Below are positions 26,201 to 38,586 of a stretch of 64,000 nucleotides of DNA, piece after piece; position 1 is the stretch's first letter, and each line of letters starts with the position of its first letter. The stretch comes from Azolla caroliniana (lineage: Eukaryota; Plantae; Polypodiophyta). The notes beneath the pieces were generated by a model. The model was given only the letters and a program-made list of their open reading frames with translations. It was not told where the DNA came from and searched no databases. Position numbers and translations under genes: made by a program. The DNA is taken from the NCBI GenBank assembly GCA_043228905.1, contig JBHGNT010000017.1, forward strand, positions 9,734,001 through 9,798,000, written 5' to 3'.

Positions 26201-26451
26201 CCCTTGACAATCAACACAGTACAACAAGGAAGTTCGCAAGAAGATGGTTCGGGCCGTATGTGGTGACAAGTGCCAACGATAATGCCACATACCACCTTGC
26301 GGAACTAGACGGATCAAGGTTGGTCGTACCCATTGCGGGAAAAAGAGTAAAGCTTTTCAAGAAAAGACAAGACAAGGATCCTGACCTCGATTACCTCGAC
26401 GATGAACATAATAGGCCGGATGAAAATGAAGACATGGAGGAATCTAATTGA
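23199..26451 (+). pseudogene. pol: RT-RNaseH-integrase of gypsy D (RT core deleted; one stop and one frameshift)
   Basis: PYSNRWFTVPKKNGSLRFIQDLQPVN; RNase H IDTSP...RELWGI; integrase HESAWAGHRG...CETC and GPY motif. Confidence 0.9.
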
Positions 26452-27064
26452 TCATCGTAGCCGAAATCTCACTTCTTCTCTTCTTGGCACGTACTGGAGG
26501 ACGTGCGGTTTGGTGGGGGTGGATGTTGTGAAGATTTTCGGCAATAGTATGAAAATCCCATAAAACGTACGAAATCGAGTATGAATCACGTAGTACAATA
26601 ATTGTGAAGATAACATTTTAAATAGATTTAATATCTAAGTACAAAATCATGGAGGTTTCGAATACACTTTATTACACGAGAAACGGACAACTAAATGTCA
26701 AGATATGAGGGTATAAAGTTTGAAAAAGGAAAGGAGAAAATTGTGAGATATCCCACATAGGCACGACAAATACAGCTCTCATCATATATAAGGTGGAGCA
26801 AAAGATATTATCTTTGTGTCTATGTGTAGAGCATAGAGAGTTCAAGGTAACTTGAACTAAGAGTGGAGGTGGGCTAGCTACTCGTAAAGGGTTTTGGCCA
26901 ACCAAAACCGGACCGACGATGGAGCCGGTGATCCGACGGCATTCGACGGCAAACCGGCGACGGTGATCCGACGGCATACGACACCGGTATCCTGTGACGC
27001 ACCGGCATCCGGCGACTAGATAAATAAATATATAAATATATATACATATTTGCATATACAAGGA

Positions 27065-27128
27065 GGGCAAGTAAGGATTCGAACCTTGCACCTCTAAGTT
27101 AGGAGTCAATTAGCTTACCATTAAGCCA
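27065..27128 (-). promoter_or_regulatory. tRNA-derived sequence (A box and B box) inside the LTR of D; not a functional tRNA
   Basis: Minus strand reads TGGCTTAATGGTAAGC...GACTCCTAAC...CAAGGTTCGAATCCTT. D and T arms pair; acceptor and anticodon stems do not. Confidence 0.65.
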
Positions 27129-27433
27129 TGTTATTTAGTTGAAATTATATTTCTATCATTGTACTTTTACATGTAAATTCTCATACATGAGAACTAAAAT
27201 GAGTGACATGGTTATCATGCACCACATGTAATACATAAGCGCCAAATGGCAAACATGCAATTTATGCATGTCTTGTACCCTCACATGCATCATATGCATG
27301 AGAGCATCTATAAAAGAGGGAAGGGGGAGGAGAAAAAACACGGTTTTTTTATGAAAATTAAGAGGAAGAAATTTGTTATCAAATTGATCGTGTAACTTGC
27401 TTCTTAAATCTAAAGTTAAAAGTTCAATCAATC

Positions 27434-27742
27434 TCTCTCAATCGTGTAATCTCAACTTCTCTCTTTCCCAATCTATCTTAAGTACTTTCTCGCCAAAGCT
27501 TGTATCGACTCTAAATCCTTCTGGTCCAGAACCCCGGCGGTTCCGCTTCACGATCCGCGCGTAGTGACGGATCTTCACGACATAATAAAGTGGTCTCTCA
27601 ATCGTGTAATCTCAACTTCTATCTTTCCCAATCTATCTTAAGTACTTTCTCGCCAAAGCTTGTATCGACTCTAAATCCTTCTGGTCCAGAACCCCGGCGG
27701 TTCCGCTTCACGATCCGCGCGTAGTGACGGATCTTCACGACA
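27434..27742 (+). repeat. Tandem duplication of the last 149 bp of the D 3' LTR with an 11-bp spacer
   Basis: 27434-27582 and 27594-27742 differ at one base; spacer TAATAAAGTGG. Confidence 0.93.
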
Positions 27743-28357
27743 ACGGAAGAGATGTGTGTTATGTGTGTGTATGTGTGAGAGAAGAGAGGAGAGGAGAGAA
27801 ACAGAAGATAGATAGATGATAGAGAATGAAGTACTCAACAAGGTGAATATTCACTAGTAGAATAGCAAATACAAAATGTAGCATTACAAGGAGTCACAAC
27901 CGGCTTAGTATGAAGTAGGAGAAGGGTGCTTTATATAAGGTCACCCTCTCTCTTCATTAACTCACTACAACACCTACTCTCTCTTGGGGAATGTGAAGAC
28001 TCATAGTCATGGGGAATATGGAACTTATTAGTTATGTGTCATATAATATGATTCTATGACACATAGTTAATGTGTCGAGAGTAGTGGTGTGACTCTTGAC
28101 CTTTAAGTGATCATAGATTCTGAAAGGGTGTGTTCACACATTGCACTATGTTGAGCTTGATTCTCAACAGTTTGCATATCCCTTAGATAGTTTATACAAT
28201 TTATAACTCAGATGAATATTAATAGCGCTTGAGGCTCATGGCTGAAATAATAAATAAATATAAAAGAACTATATCCAATCGATGTATGCATGGAGATAGG
28301 AAGTTATTGTTGCTATAAGCTTGAAGCATATCCTTAATAATTTGAACACTTGCTCTA

Positions 28358-29886
28358 CGTTGAGCGAGCAAGCTCAATTTGGGCCGGATCGCTAAGGAAG
28401 CTTGGAGTTGGATCGGATGGAGACCGATTGGCTAGGTGTGGATCGGTTGAAGAAACTGAGAGCTGGATTGGATGAAGATTGATCGGCTAGGTCAAGTCGG
28501 ATGGAATCCAACAGGACTTTAGGGGCCTATATTCCTATTTTAGTAAATAGGAATATTATAGGTTGTTACTTTCAGGCTTAGCTAATGAGCATTCAAGTAC
28601 TTGTCAATACTTCTACTAGTCCTTCTAGGACTTGTATAAAGAGTGTTCACTGAGCACAATTTATGTATAGAGTGTTGATTATTTTGAATCAAGTTTTATT
28701 GTTGTTTGCTCCATCCCTGTCACTCTCTCATCTCATCTCTATGTATACCTAACTGTCGTATTTCCGGATAATCGAATGTGTTTTCTTTGTGTGTTGCATA
28801 AGCTTCTGCACGTAATCTTTTTCATGATATTAGAGTGCGAGGGTTAGAAGAATCCTCTACTGCTAACAAACCGAACAAGACAGAGACAAGTTTTTTGTCT
28901 TCCGGAGAAGAAGAGATAGGAACATGGACAGAGGTACGGGTAGCTCGTTTCCAATGGAGAAGCTCGACAATGCATCTTCTTCATACAATATGCACTAGTA
29001 CTTGCTTGGAAATGGGTACTGGAGCTATGTCGAAGGAGCCACTGATGCAACACCATATTCAACACATAGATTTCTCGGCCTTGGAACAGGAATCAAGATG
29101 AGTTCTTTATTGCTTCGCACCTAGTGTGAGCGGCCAACAATTGAGCTACATCTGGAACGCCAAAATGCCAAAGGGTGCTTGGGGAAATCTGAAGAAGATT
29201 TCTGCAGCAAACACGATGGCCAAGAAGCTACAACTCAGACTAGAGTTGAGCAATGTCCACAAAAGGTATATGCTAGTGGCTAATTACACCTCCAAGGTCA
29301 AGGAGATCTGCGACTCACTCGGGTCTATTAACATGACGGTTGAAGAGGATGAGATGGTGCAGGTTTACCTCGGAGGTTTGGCGGAGAATTTCGGATCATT
29401 CTAAACGGTAGTCTGTAGGAGAGAGAATACCCCGTCCTTCTTCGAGCTGCAGTCCATGCTTCTCATCGAGGAAAACCACGTGGATGCGCCTACGAGCATG
29501 CCTGCCTGGAACAAGCTGTACACAGAGGTGGATCGGCACCGTGGTAGTGGTGGACGAGGCGGCCAACAAGAGTAGGATAGAAGGCACAGAGGTGGTGCCA
29601 ACAACAATATTGAACCCTCCACGAGTAGGGGGAGTCAAGGCGGCACTCGAAACCGGGAAGCAAAGGCCGCAACAGATTGCTAGTATTGTGGCTGGAAGGG
29701 CCATAGAGAGAGAGAGTGTTGGAAGAAGTGCACCGATTCGGGTAAAGCTGGATCGAGCCGAGGAAACGCAGATAGGTGTCACTGATCACACTTCACTGAA
29801 GGCACAAGGCAAGCCGAAACGGGACTTGCTCTCATGATAAAGCACAACGCCAATATGATAGGAGTCCGCACCTCTACGCTAGATGT
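28358..29886 (+). mobile_element. Decayed 5' part of copia M (LTR 28358-28824, eroded PBS, gag 28924-29886); K/L family
   Basis: LTR resembles those of K and L; TGATATTAGAGT PBS; gag peptide PKGAWGNLKKISAANTMAKKLQLRLEL. Confidence 0.85.
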
Positions 29887-30412
29887 TGTACTAAGACCGA
29901 CAACACAATAAGGTCGAACGTTCTATACCGGATGTTCTATCAAGAAAATGTGGAGTACGAATGGAACGTAAACAAAATTACTATGTAACTTACGATATCA
30001 TATTTATGTATTGTGATGGACTGATTGACATAATATAGTTGCCAACAAAATAAGAGTGAGTCGAATACACAAGAGATTACTCAACACCTAGGCAACACAA
30101 ATTTCTACTAATTAATAACTATATTAAACTCAAAACATAACAATAGTTTTACAATGTCTTTGGCTCCTTTTTATAGGTGACCGACAGACAGACTCGTCAA
30201 GAATTACATCTTGCCTCGTCGGCAAGAACTATCCAAAACTTCTAACTAACTTTACTTTCTATATTTTTTATTTAGTCGGCAAAAATGATGACTCCTTGAT
30301 CCGCCTTGTCGATCCGACTCCGACTCTGTATTTTCTGAACATTGTCGACTCCGATGCTTCTACACTTGTCTGACTCTTACCCTGTCTGACTAATACTTGG
30401 CATGCCCGTGGG
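29887..30412. mobile_element. Putative LTR (29887-30397) with adjacent tRNA-Arg-like PBS (element N)
   Basis: Interrupts M just before its protease; imperfect terminal inverted repeat TGTACTAAGCCGAC/GTCTGACTAATAC; followed by TGGCATGCCCGTGGG. Confidence 0.55.
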
Positions 30413-30446
30413 CCAAGGCCTTGCCCGGTTCAACCCATGGTACCTA

Positions 30447-31605
30447 TTACACTTGCTTGGTTGAGTCAGGGTCTTCATTGTTGTCATCATCGCCATGGAC
30501 TATGTCGAACATTGATGGTTTTGCTTCGTATTCCTGTTCAGGGTCGTCTTCGTTGTCGTTGGCGCTATTTTCCTCTTCGTCATTGTTGGTTGGTTGTGGT
30601 GGTGGTTGTGGGGTGGATGAAGATCCAAGCTCGGTTGTTTGATGTCGTCGGTTTCGTTCGTATTTGTCTAGTTTGGCAGTAGTGTCGATGTCATGGGCAT
30701 CAAATTCCTCCATTAGCTGAGTGATTTCCTCTCGATGGCTTGCTGCCAACTCGCACATGTAACGAGCTAAGTCTTCTTGTACGGTAGAGATGTCTTTGTC
30801 TGTCATTTTGAAGAATCCTTGAGCTTGCGCTTTTTTGTTATCTCTGTCGGCACACAAAAATTGTAATTTGGTCACCTCTGTCAACCAGGTCTTCCATCCT
30901 TGGTCAAGGGAGTCGGCTACCAGTTGTAGCGTTTTGAGCTTATGGGCTTTTATTATGGGTTAGACCTTTTCCTTGCCCATACTAACCTGGAACTGTGCCA
31001 CTGCTGATAGCTTCCTTAATTCTTCTATTTGCGCATTGGTCGAGCCTTCTGTTTGCATTAGTTTAGCTTCGGCTATCAACAATTCTAGCCATTCGTTTTC
31101 GTACTTGACTTTTAGCTTGACGCTGATTCTAGTTAAATCGGTATTCACCAATTCCATATGTCTCTTTTCTTCTTCATGCAACTCTTTTGTAGCCTCTTTT
31201 TGGAGTTCCATTTTTGCCATGTAGTCTGCAAAATAATCCTCTTGGATTTTGGTATACTCTTCTAATTCCTGTACTTTTTCTGTTTGTTGTTGCGTCTAAT
31301 CCTGTTGTTGTGCCAATTGTCTTTTTAACCATTGGATAGCGTTTATCATTTGCCTCCAACCATTTGCCGATTCTAGTTTTAGCCAATGCAATGCAGTCTT
31401 CTAATTGGTTGACCTTGTGTTCTACTGCTTCGGCTCTAGCGGTTGCGTCCTCCGCTTTCTTCTTGGTTTCTTGTAGTTTTTGTTGGAATTGCTGAATAGA
31501 GGCCTCACTAGGCAATGACAGACAGAAACAAGAAAATAGGAAAAACAAAAAGCTAACTCTGTAATCCGACAGAGCTTCCGTCTCCAATACGATCCCCTTC
31601 TCCAC
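30447..31605 (-). pseudogene. Orphan coiled-coil protein pseudogene (~370 codons, two stops, one frameshift)
   Basis: ORFs 30447-30884 and 30960-31220 share a frame and join 31174-31605 through a frameshift. E/K/Q-rich helical composition, Pro/acidic C-terminus, no retroelement enzyme motifs. Confidence 0.65.
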
Positions 31606-32748
31606 AGTTCAGATCCTCCCCTTTTATAGAACAAGGGGAGGCCATGACATCATGCAGTTAAGGACAACCGATTCTATCAACGATTCTCCCCCCTCCTTTT
31701 CCTCCCTGCACACTTTTATTCCTCTCGATTTGTGGGTCATTAAAGTACCCATCCAAATCACACTATCTAGTACTTATTAGTCCTAGAATATTTACAATGT
31801 TTTATGTACATATAAGCCTCGTTCGTGTGCATCCTTGCACACCCCCGTTCAAATCCTTCTGGCTCCTTTTTCTCCTATGGTCAGAATCCTTCACGACATC
31901 CACCCCCACCAAACCGCACATCCTTCAGTGTGTGCCGATCTAGTGAAGCAATGGGGATTGTGGTCAGTCCCTCACTCGTCCTCTTCCAATTTGTCATCGA
32001 CTGGGTCCTCCTCCGTCTCCTCAACCTCATCGTCTTCCTCGTCCGCCTTCAGATCCGGTTCCAGTTCATGCCGCTTCTTGAAGGCCTTGATCCGCTTTAC
32101 CGCAATCGGCAGCGCGATCCTCATCCCCTCGAGTTCGGCCAGATGGTATGTCATGTTGTCGTTGGTGCTCGTCACCTCATACGCCCTGAACCACCACTTC
32201 GCAAACTTCCGGGTTGACGGATGCTAGTTGTCATGGTTGTTGTCATAGACCAACACCCAATCTCCTTCTTCGGCCTCAGTCGGTGCGTCCGATCGAACCT
32301 TCCCTTGTTCTCCGTCTGAGTCTCTCTCACTCGTTCCTTCATTTGTTCAACGTCTTCCGGTTTTTGCTCAAGTTGCCGAATCCGCGTTGCTAGTGACTCC
32401 TCTCGACTCATCTCATCTGACTAGTCGATTGCCATCCATGATGTTATCGTTCTCTCAACCAGCATAATCGGCTTCTGTTCGAACATGAGTTCGGCTGGCA
32501 TATATCTGGTCACCGAACTGTGCGTAGTTTGGTCTACCCATAGCGCATAAGGTAGGAGCCTCGGTCATTTGCCGACATGTCCGTTGCGTGCGCATACGAT
32601 GGCCTTCACGATCGGCCCGTGCCCTCTTTCCACCTTCCCGTTCGCCTCCGGATGGTACGCCGTCATGAGAGAAAGTTTGACACCTAGTCGGTCGAACAAC
32701 TCCTCGGTTCTTGTGCATCTAGCTCTCCTCGATCGGCCACGATCTTGC

Positions 32749-35700
32749 TGTAGGGAATGGACAAGGCCGTCAGTGCAGAAGAAATCACACAGTATGAATC
32801 TGTGAGGAAGAAATTACCTGCGTATGAGAGAGGGAAGAACAAAATATGTACATTGAGAGAGAGAGAGAGAGAGGCACAAAGAATATATCTATATTCATAA
32901 AAGGGCAACCGTTACAACCATGAACAACCAACCTTTACAAAAGGTTACAAAGTCACTTTATATAGTGACTCACTTAGGGCAACCGCCCTTTATGTTATTT
33001 ACAGAAATAGCCCGAACTTGGGCTCTCTAAGAGGATAGTGTGAATACGTCCATTATACATTTGTATTCGACACTCCCCCGTAATGGGCGTATACATGGGC
33101 TATCTAAAAAATACAGGTATAGGCATAGGTTCTCAGACAGATCGGTTTTGTTCGAATCGGCATGATTCGAAGACAGAAGACCGAACCGGTTGGGTCGGAA
33201 AAGCTGAAGCCGATTGTCAATGAACCGATGTCTATTGTCCGAAACTGTCTTGCACTATGTCCGGCTTCAACCGGACCGATATGTTGTTACGCCCATCTGT
33301 TGCCGAAGAGACCGGAACCGGTCTGCCGAAAGACACTTGTTCATTCCATCTGCGACATTATTGGTTGTGGATATCTTCTCTAAACCGATTTTCCCGGAAA
33401 TGACGCAGTCCCGAACGAAGTGATATCGAACTTCGATATGCTTGGAGGCGTTGTGATGAACCGGATTTTTCGACAAAGCAACAACACTCTGACTGTCGTT
33501 GTAGACAACTGGAGCCGAGTCGGAGTCGACTTGCCAAAACGTGTGCGCCAGCCGATCGAGCCATAAAGCTTCTTTCGCTGCGTCGGAGGCAGCTACATAT
33601 TCTGCTTCGGTCGTTGAGGTGGTTGTGCACTCCTGAAGTTTTGACTTCCACGAGATTGCTCCATTGCCGAATTTAAAGCAATATCCGGTTGTTGACTTGC
33701 GATTGTCCACACAGCCGGCGAAGTCCGAGTCGGTGTAACCGGCTACGCCTGAAGTTGAGTTCGGACCGAAAAGGATGCCGTGGTCTTTTGTGCCAGCTAA
33801 ATATCTGAACACATGCTTGACTACGTTCCAGTGCGATCGGCCGGGATTGTGCATAAATCTACTGATGACTCCTATGGCGTCAGAAATATCAGGCCGTGTC
33901 GCGACCATCGCGTACATCAGAGAGCCTACTGCCGGTGCATACGGTACCGACTTCATGTCTTCCCCCTCCGGACCGGATGTTGGGCAGTCTCGTTGAGAAA
34001 GCCGAAGATGAACGGGGAGCGGGGTCGAAGCAGACTTGGCCGATTGCATGTTGAAGCGTTCCAAGACACGTCCGATGTAGTCGATTTGAGAAAGAAAAAA
34101 CTGTCTTTTGGCACGATTCCGACTAATCTTCATTCCGAGTATGTGTCTTGCCGGACCGAGGTCCTTCATGGCAAACGTCAATCGAAGTTTCCGAACGAGT
34201 TCGGTGAGCTCTCCGGTATGCCGACCGGAGAGTAGCATGTCGTCCACGTAGATGATGAGGAAGACGGGAGAACCGTCTTGAGCTGTTTTGGTGAAGAGGC
34301 AGTGGTCCTCATCGCTCTTGGAGAAGCCGACCGACTAGATGAAATCGTCGAACTGCTTGTACCACTGTCGGGGTGCTTGTTTCAGGCCGTAGAGACTCTT
34401 CCTGAGTCGGCAGACTAGATGTTCCTAACCGGTGGCCACAAAGCCTTTCGGCTGCTCCATGTAGATTTCCTCCTTTAGATCACCGTGGGGTGGTCGAGTC
34501 GGACGTCTCCTTTAGTCTATAGACCCACTTGCAAGGAAGAGCACGTCGATTCTTCGGTAAGTCGACCAGATCCCAAGTCTTGTTGGCGCTGATGGAGTGC
34601 ATTTCCGACTCCATTGCCAGATGCCAGGTGGCTGAATCGGCAGCTGCCGATGCTTGTTCGTAGGACGTCGGTTCGCCGACGTCGGTGAAGAAAATTCTGG
34701 GAGAGTACCTCTCCGGAGGTTGCGACAGTCTCTCGGATCTTTGAGGTATGACTGGACTGGTCGCACCGGCTGTCGATGTCGGATGGTCGGAAGCCGAGCC
34801 ATTTGGCTGTGCCGAATCTGTGGATTCGGTGCGAGAGAAGTCGGTTACCCGTGAAACCGGTCTCGTGTTCTGTGCTGGGCCATCATGAAGGGTTGGCACT
34901 TCGGAAAATATTACCCTTCGGACTTCAATAGGCCTTTCAGCCATTTTGTGCATAGTCGACTTGTTGAACACGACGTCCGAACTTCGGACGATTTGCCTGT
35001 GCTCGGGGTCCTAGAGTCGGTATCCGATCTCGCCGTCGGGTCCATACCCGAGGAAAACGCATTTCCTTGATCTCGGTTCGAGTTTTCGTCGGTCGTCTTT
35101 CGGTATGAGGGCGTATGCCTCGCAATCGAAAATCCTCAGCTTATCATAATTCGGCTTTCTGTCGGTCCATATTTCTTGAGGTATCTTAAGTCCTAGAGGT
35201 CTACTTGGCGACATATTGATTATGTGTACTGCCGTGAGTAGAGCCTCTGCCCAGAAGCCATCCGACAGTCCGGAGTGTTAGAGCATGGATACAACGCGTT
35301 CTTGAATCGTCCGATTCATGCGTTCTGCGATTCCGTTCTGCTCCAGACTATATGGTGCCATATATTCACGTCTAATGCCGCGTTCTCGGCAAAATTTGAC
35401 GAATTCATCAGATTTGAACTCACCTCCATTGTCGGTTCAGAGACACTTCAGTTTCCAATCGGTCTGGTTTTCGACCATTGCGAGCCAATCTGAGAAGATC
35501 GAGAACACCCGATCTTTGGTTCTGATGGGGTATGCCCACACCTTCCGAGTCGAGTCGTAAATGAAACTGACGAAGTACGAGGCACCACCGAGTGATTGAT
35601 GTGGCATCGGGTCACAGACGTCCGAGTGCACCAAATCGAGCGGGCTCGACTCTCTTGGTGCTGATGTCGGGTGTGATGCGGCTACCTGTTTGCCGTACTG

Positions 35701-38157
35701 GCAATGCTCGCAAAACTGATGGTCCGAGAAGGAGAGTTTCGGGATGTATCCGGCTCTGGATAGGTGCATGATGCCGGCCTTGCTGAGGTGTCCAAGTCGT
35801 CCATGCCATAAGGATGACACAGGGATATGTACTAGAAATAAGTCACCCTCTCTGAGTGTGACATACAAAGGGTACAATGAGTGTACCTTTGGTCCTCTAG
35901 CAAGCAGGAGGTTCCCTCTGTGGAGTGTCCACCCTCCTGATGAGAAACCAGCACGAATGCCAGCTTCATCAAGTTGTCCAACGGAGATCAAGGGTCGTGA
36001 GAGCTCAGGAACGTGTCGGACGTTGTGTAGTACGAGTGTAGAGCCACCCGGAAGGTTGAGCTCTACGGTGCCGATTCCGATGATAGCACAGTACTGCGAA
36101 TTTCCGACTCGAACTGAGTCGGAGTGCCAGTCCAAATATTGCCGAAACTGTGATTGGTGAGGTGTCACGTGATATGACGCGCCCGATTCCAGAAGCCATG
36201 TGCTCGATTCCTCAGTCGTAAGCAGAACTTCTGATTCGACTGGATTCTCTATGGACAATATGTTCGGGTCGGTCGTCAATATCTCGGCTGAAGAGCCGAC
36301 GTAGTTGACTTCCTCATGCCGGTTACTCCTCTGATTAGCTCTCTGAGCTTTGTCTGTCTTTGACTTGAGTACCCGACAGTCGGCCTTGATGTGTCCCGGT
36401 TTCTTGCAGTAGTTGCAAATTCGGGTTTCCCGGGACTTGCTGCGGCTTCGCTGATTTGTCGGCGGTCGGGAAGAACTTCTTCCCCGGTTGTTCGATCGAT
36501 CGGTCGAACCTTGTACTACATAGGCTTCTTCTGCCGAGTCTTTGGTGAAAGACTTTCTCCGAGCTGCTTCAGTCAGGATTGCACTTGTGACTTCGGAGTA
36601 CTTGATGGCAGTCGTAGAAGCGTTGCACACAGTTGTAACGAAGGTTTCCCAAGAGGAGGGGAGATTGCTCATGAGTATCATTGCTCTGAGTTCATCCTCG
36701 ATTGTCATCCCCTGTGACGAGATTTGGGAGCTCAAACTTTCGTACTTGTTAAGGTGTGCCTGAACCGAATCGGAGTCTTTCATCTGCAAGTTGTAGAGGT
36801 GCCGGATCAAATACATCTTCGTTGAGGCGACCTTCTTTTCGTAGGTTTCCGACAACTTCTTCCAAAGTTCAAAGGTTGTTGTGCACGATTGCACTGTGAA
36901 GTACACTGACTCCGACAGGTGCATCCAAATCGTGGTGCGGAAGATTCTGTCCAGCTTCTGCCACTCATTTGCCTTGTATATTTCTGGAGCAGTTTCATTC
37001 TCAATCGGATCGATCTGACCCTTGACTATAAGATAGTCCTGCATTTGCTCCTTCCAAAAATTGAAGTTCGAACCGTCGAACCTCCTTAGACTCATTTCCG
37101 ATGAGCCGGATGTTGATGCCATCAGATTCGGTTTCAGTTGACGAAAGTCGGTTCGGAGTTGACTACGAACCTTGTTGGAGTGCAGTCGGTCGGCTCACCC
37201 GATATCGTTCTAGTCGGATTTGAACCCGAGTCGGTTCGGTTTCAGATATATGTATTGTTGAACTTGCTCGAATTGACTCCGGTAACTTGAGGGACAGAGC
37301 CGACTGGACTGATCTTCCCGAATGTTGCCGAGTCGGAGTGAGCCCGGTTCGCTTCCAAATATATATGCCAAATACCGATTATTGAAACCGATTGTCTGGA
37401 CCGATTCTGCTTCGGGTGACTGCAGCGACGAGAGAGACGGATCCAATTGATCCTCCCGAATGTCGATCAGCCGGATGAAGCACGAATTGGGGTTGTTCTC
37501 TTGAGACCGATCTGCACCGAGTGGTTACAACGGGCAGCGAGCAGCGTTCAGTGACCTGTTCGGATGCCGTTTAACCGAGTGGAGCACGATCGTGTTAATG
37601 TTGCACAAGGGGATTTCACCTCGAGCGGTTACGATCACGTGGAACAGAGTACAGCCGGCTGGCTTACTCCAAGCGAAGATGATCTAACGCGATGAGATGC
37701 AAGCCTCATTTTTCTTCTTCTTCTCCCTTCTCTGTTTCTTCAAATACAAAACAAAAAAAACAGAATGTTGTGATCCAAAGATTCGAATGGCGGCCGGCAG
37801 CGGGATGAAGGACATCCAAGCTCTGATACCAAATGTAGGGAATGGACAAGGCCGTCAATGCGGAAGAGATCACACAGTATGAATCTGTGAGGAAGAAATT
37901 ACCTGCGTATGAGAGAGGGAAGAACAAAATACGTACATTGAGAGAGAGAGAGAGAGAGGCACAAAGAATATATCTATATTCATAAAAGGGCAACCGTTAC
38001 AACCATGAACAACCAACCTTTACAAAAGGTTACAAAGTCACTTTATATAGTGACTCACTTAGGGCAACCGCCCTTTATGTTATTTACAGAAATAGCCCGA
38101 ACTCGGGCTCTCTAAGAGGATAGTGTGAATACGTCCATTATACATTTGTATTCGACA
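32749..38157 (-). mobile_element. Ty1/copia element F, full length
   Basis: 324-bp LTRs 32749-33072 and 37834-38157 (about 5 mismatches); TSD CTTGC; PBS at 37820-37831; PPT at 33073. Confidence 0.97.
33267..37122 (-). pseudogene. gag-pol: gag-pol of copia F (stops; ~170-bp RT deletion at ~34487)
   Basis: 561-aa gag-PR-INT ORF plus downstream fragments; SDSTTP is joined to HGDLKEEIY, whereas G has the intervening sequence. Confidence 0.93.
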
Positions 38158-38365
38158 CTTGCCCACACACCCGTACCGACAAATCACGTCCTCGATCAAG
38201 AATTGGCATATGGCCGCGACCGTCTTGTTCGTTAAGGCTCGACCTTCCACCTAGTTCGTCAAGTCCTCCCTTGCAAGCACAATGTACCTCATCTGCCCTA
38301 CCCCCATCAGCAATGTCACTAGGTGGACCGTCCATGTGAAGTGCATGGCTGGTGGGTGGGTCGGG

Positions 38366-38550
38366 TGTCGAATACAAGTGTATAATGGACGTATTCACAC
38401 TATCCCTTTGTATAGATCAAGTTTGGGCCATTTGTGTAATTAGCATAAATGGTAGTTGCCCTAAGTCGGTCACTATATATAGTGACCTTGTAACCTTTTT
38501 GGAAGGTTGGTTGTTGTATTATTGTTTCTATTGAATAGAAAGTCTTTTGC

Positions 38551-38586
<36 letters not shown>

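Larger units (their letters stand above)
21160..27742 (+). mobile_element. Ty3/gypsy element D (non-chromovirus, Phygy/Selgy-like by inference) inserted in the 5' LTR of A
   Basis: Termini TGTCGTGAAG...CTTCACGACA; 4-bp TSD ACGG; 5' LTR remnant 21160-21514; 3' LTR 26524-27582 plus a duplicated end; PPT GGTGGGGGTGGA; domain order PR-RT-RH-INT. Confidence 0.93.
4899..28169 (-). mobile_element. Ty1/copia element A, full length, decayed, host of nested insertions
   Basis: 3' LTR 4899-5357; 5' LTR 21127-28169 split by element D; TSD GTTTG on both sides; PBS TGGAATCAGAGC abutting the LTR at 21115-21126; gag-PR-INT-RT-RNaseH fragments at 16597-20970 and 5490-5679. Confidence 0.93.

Noticed and set aside
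27065-27128. Functional tRNA-Arg gene
   Set aside because: Acceptor and anticodon stems do not pair; kept only as a tRNA-derived motif.
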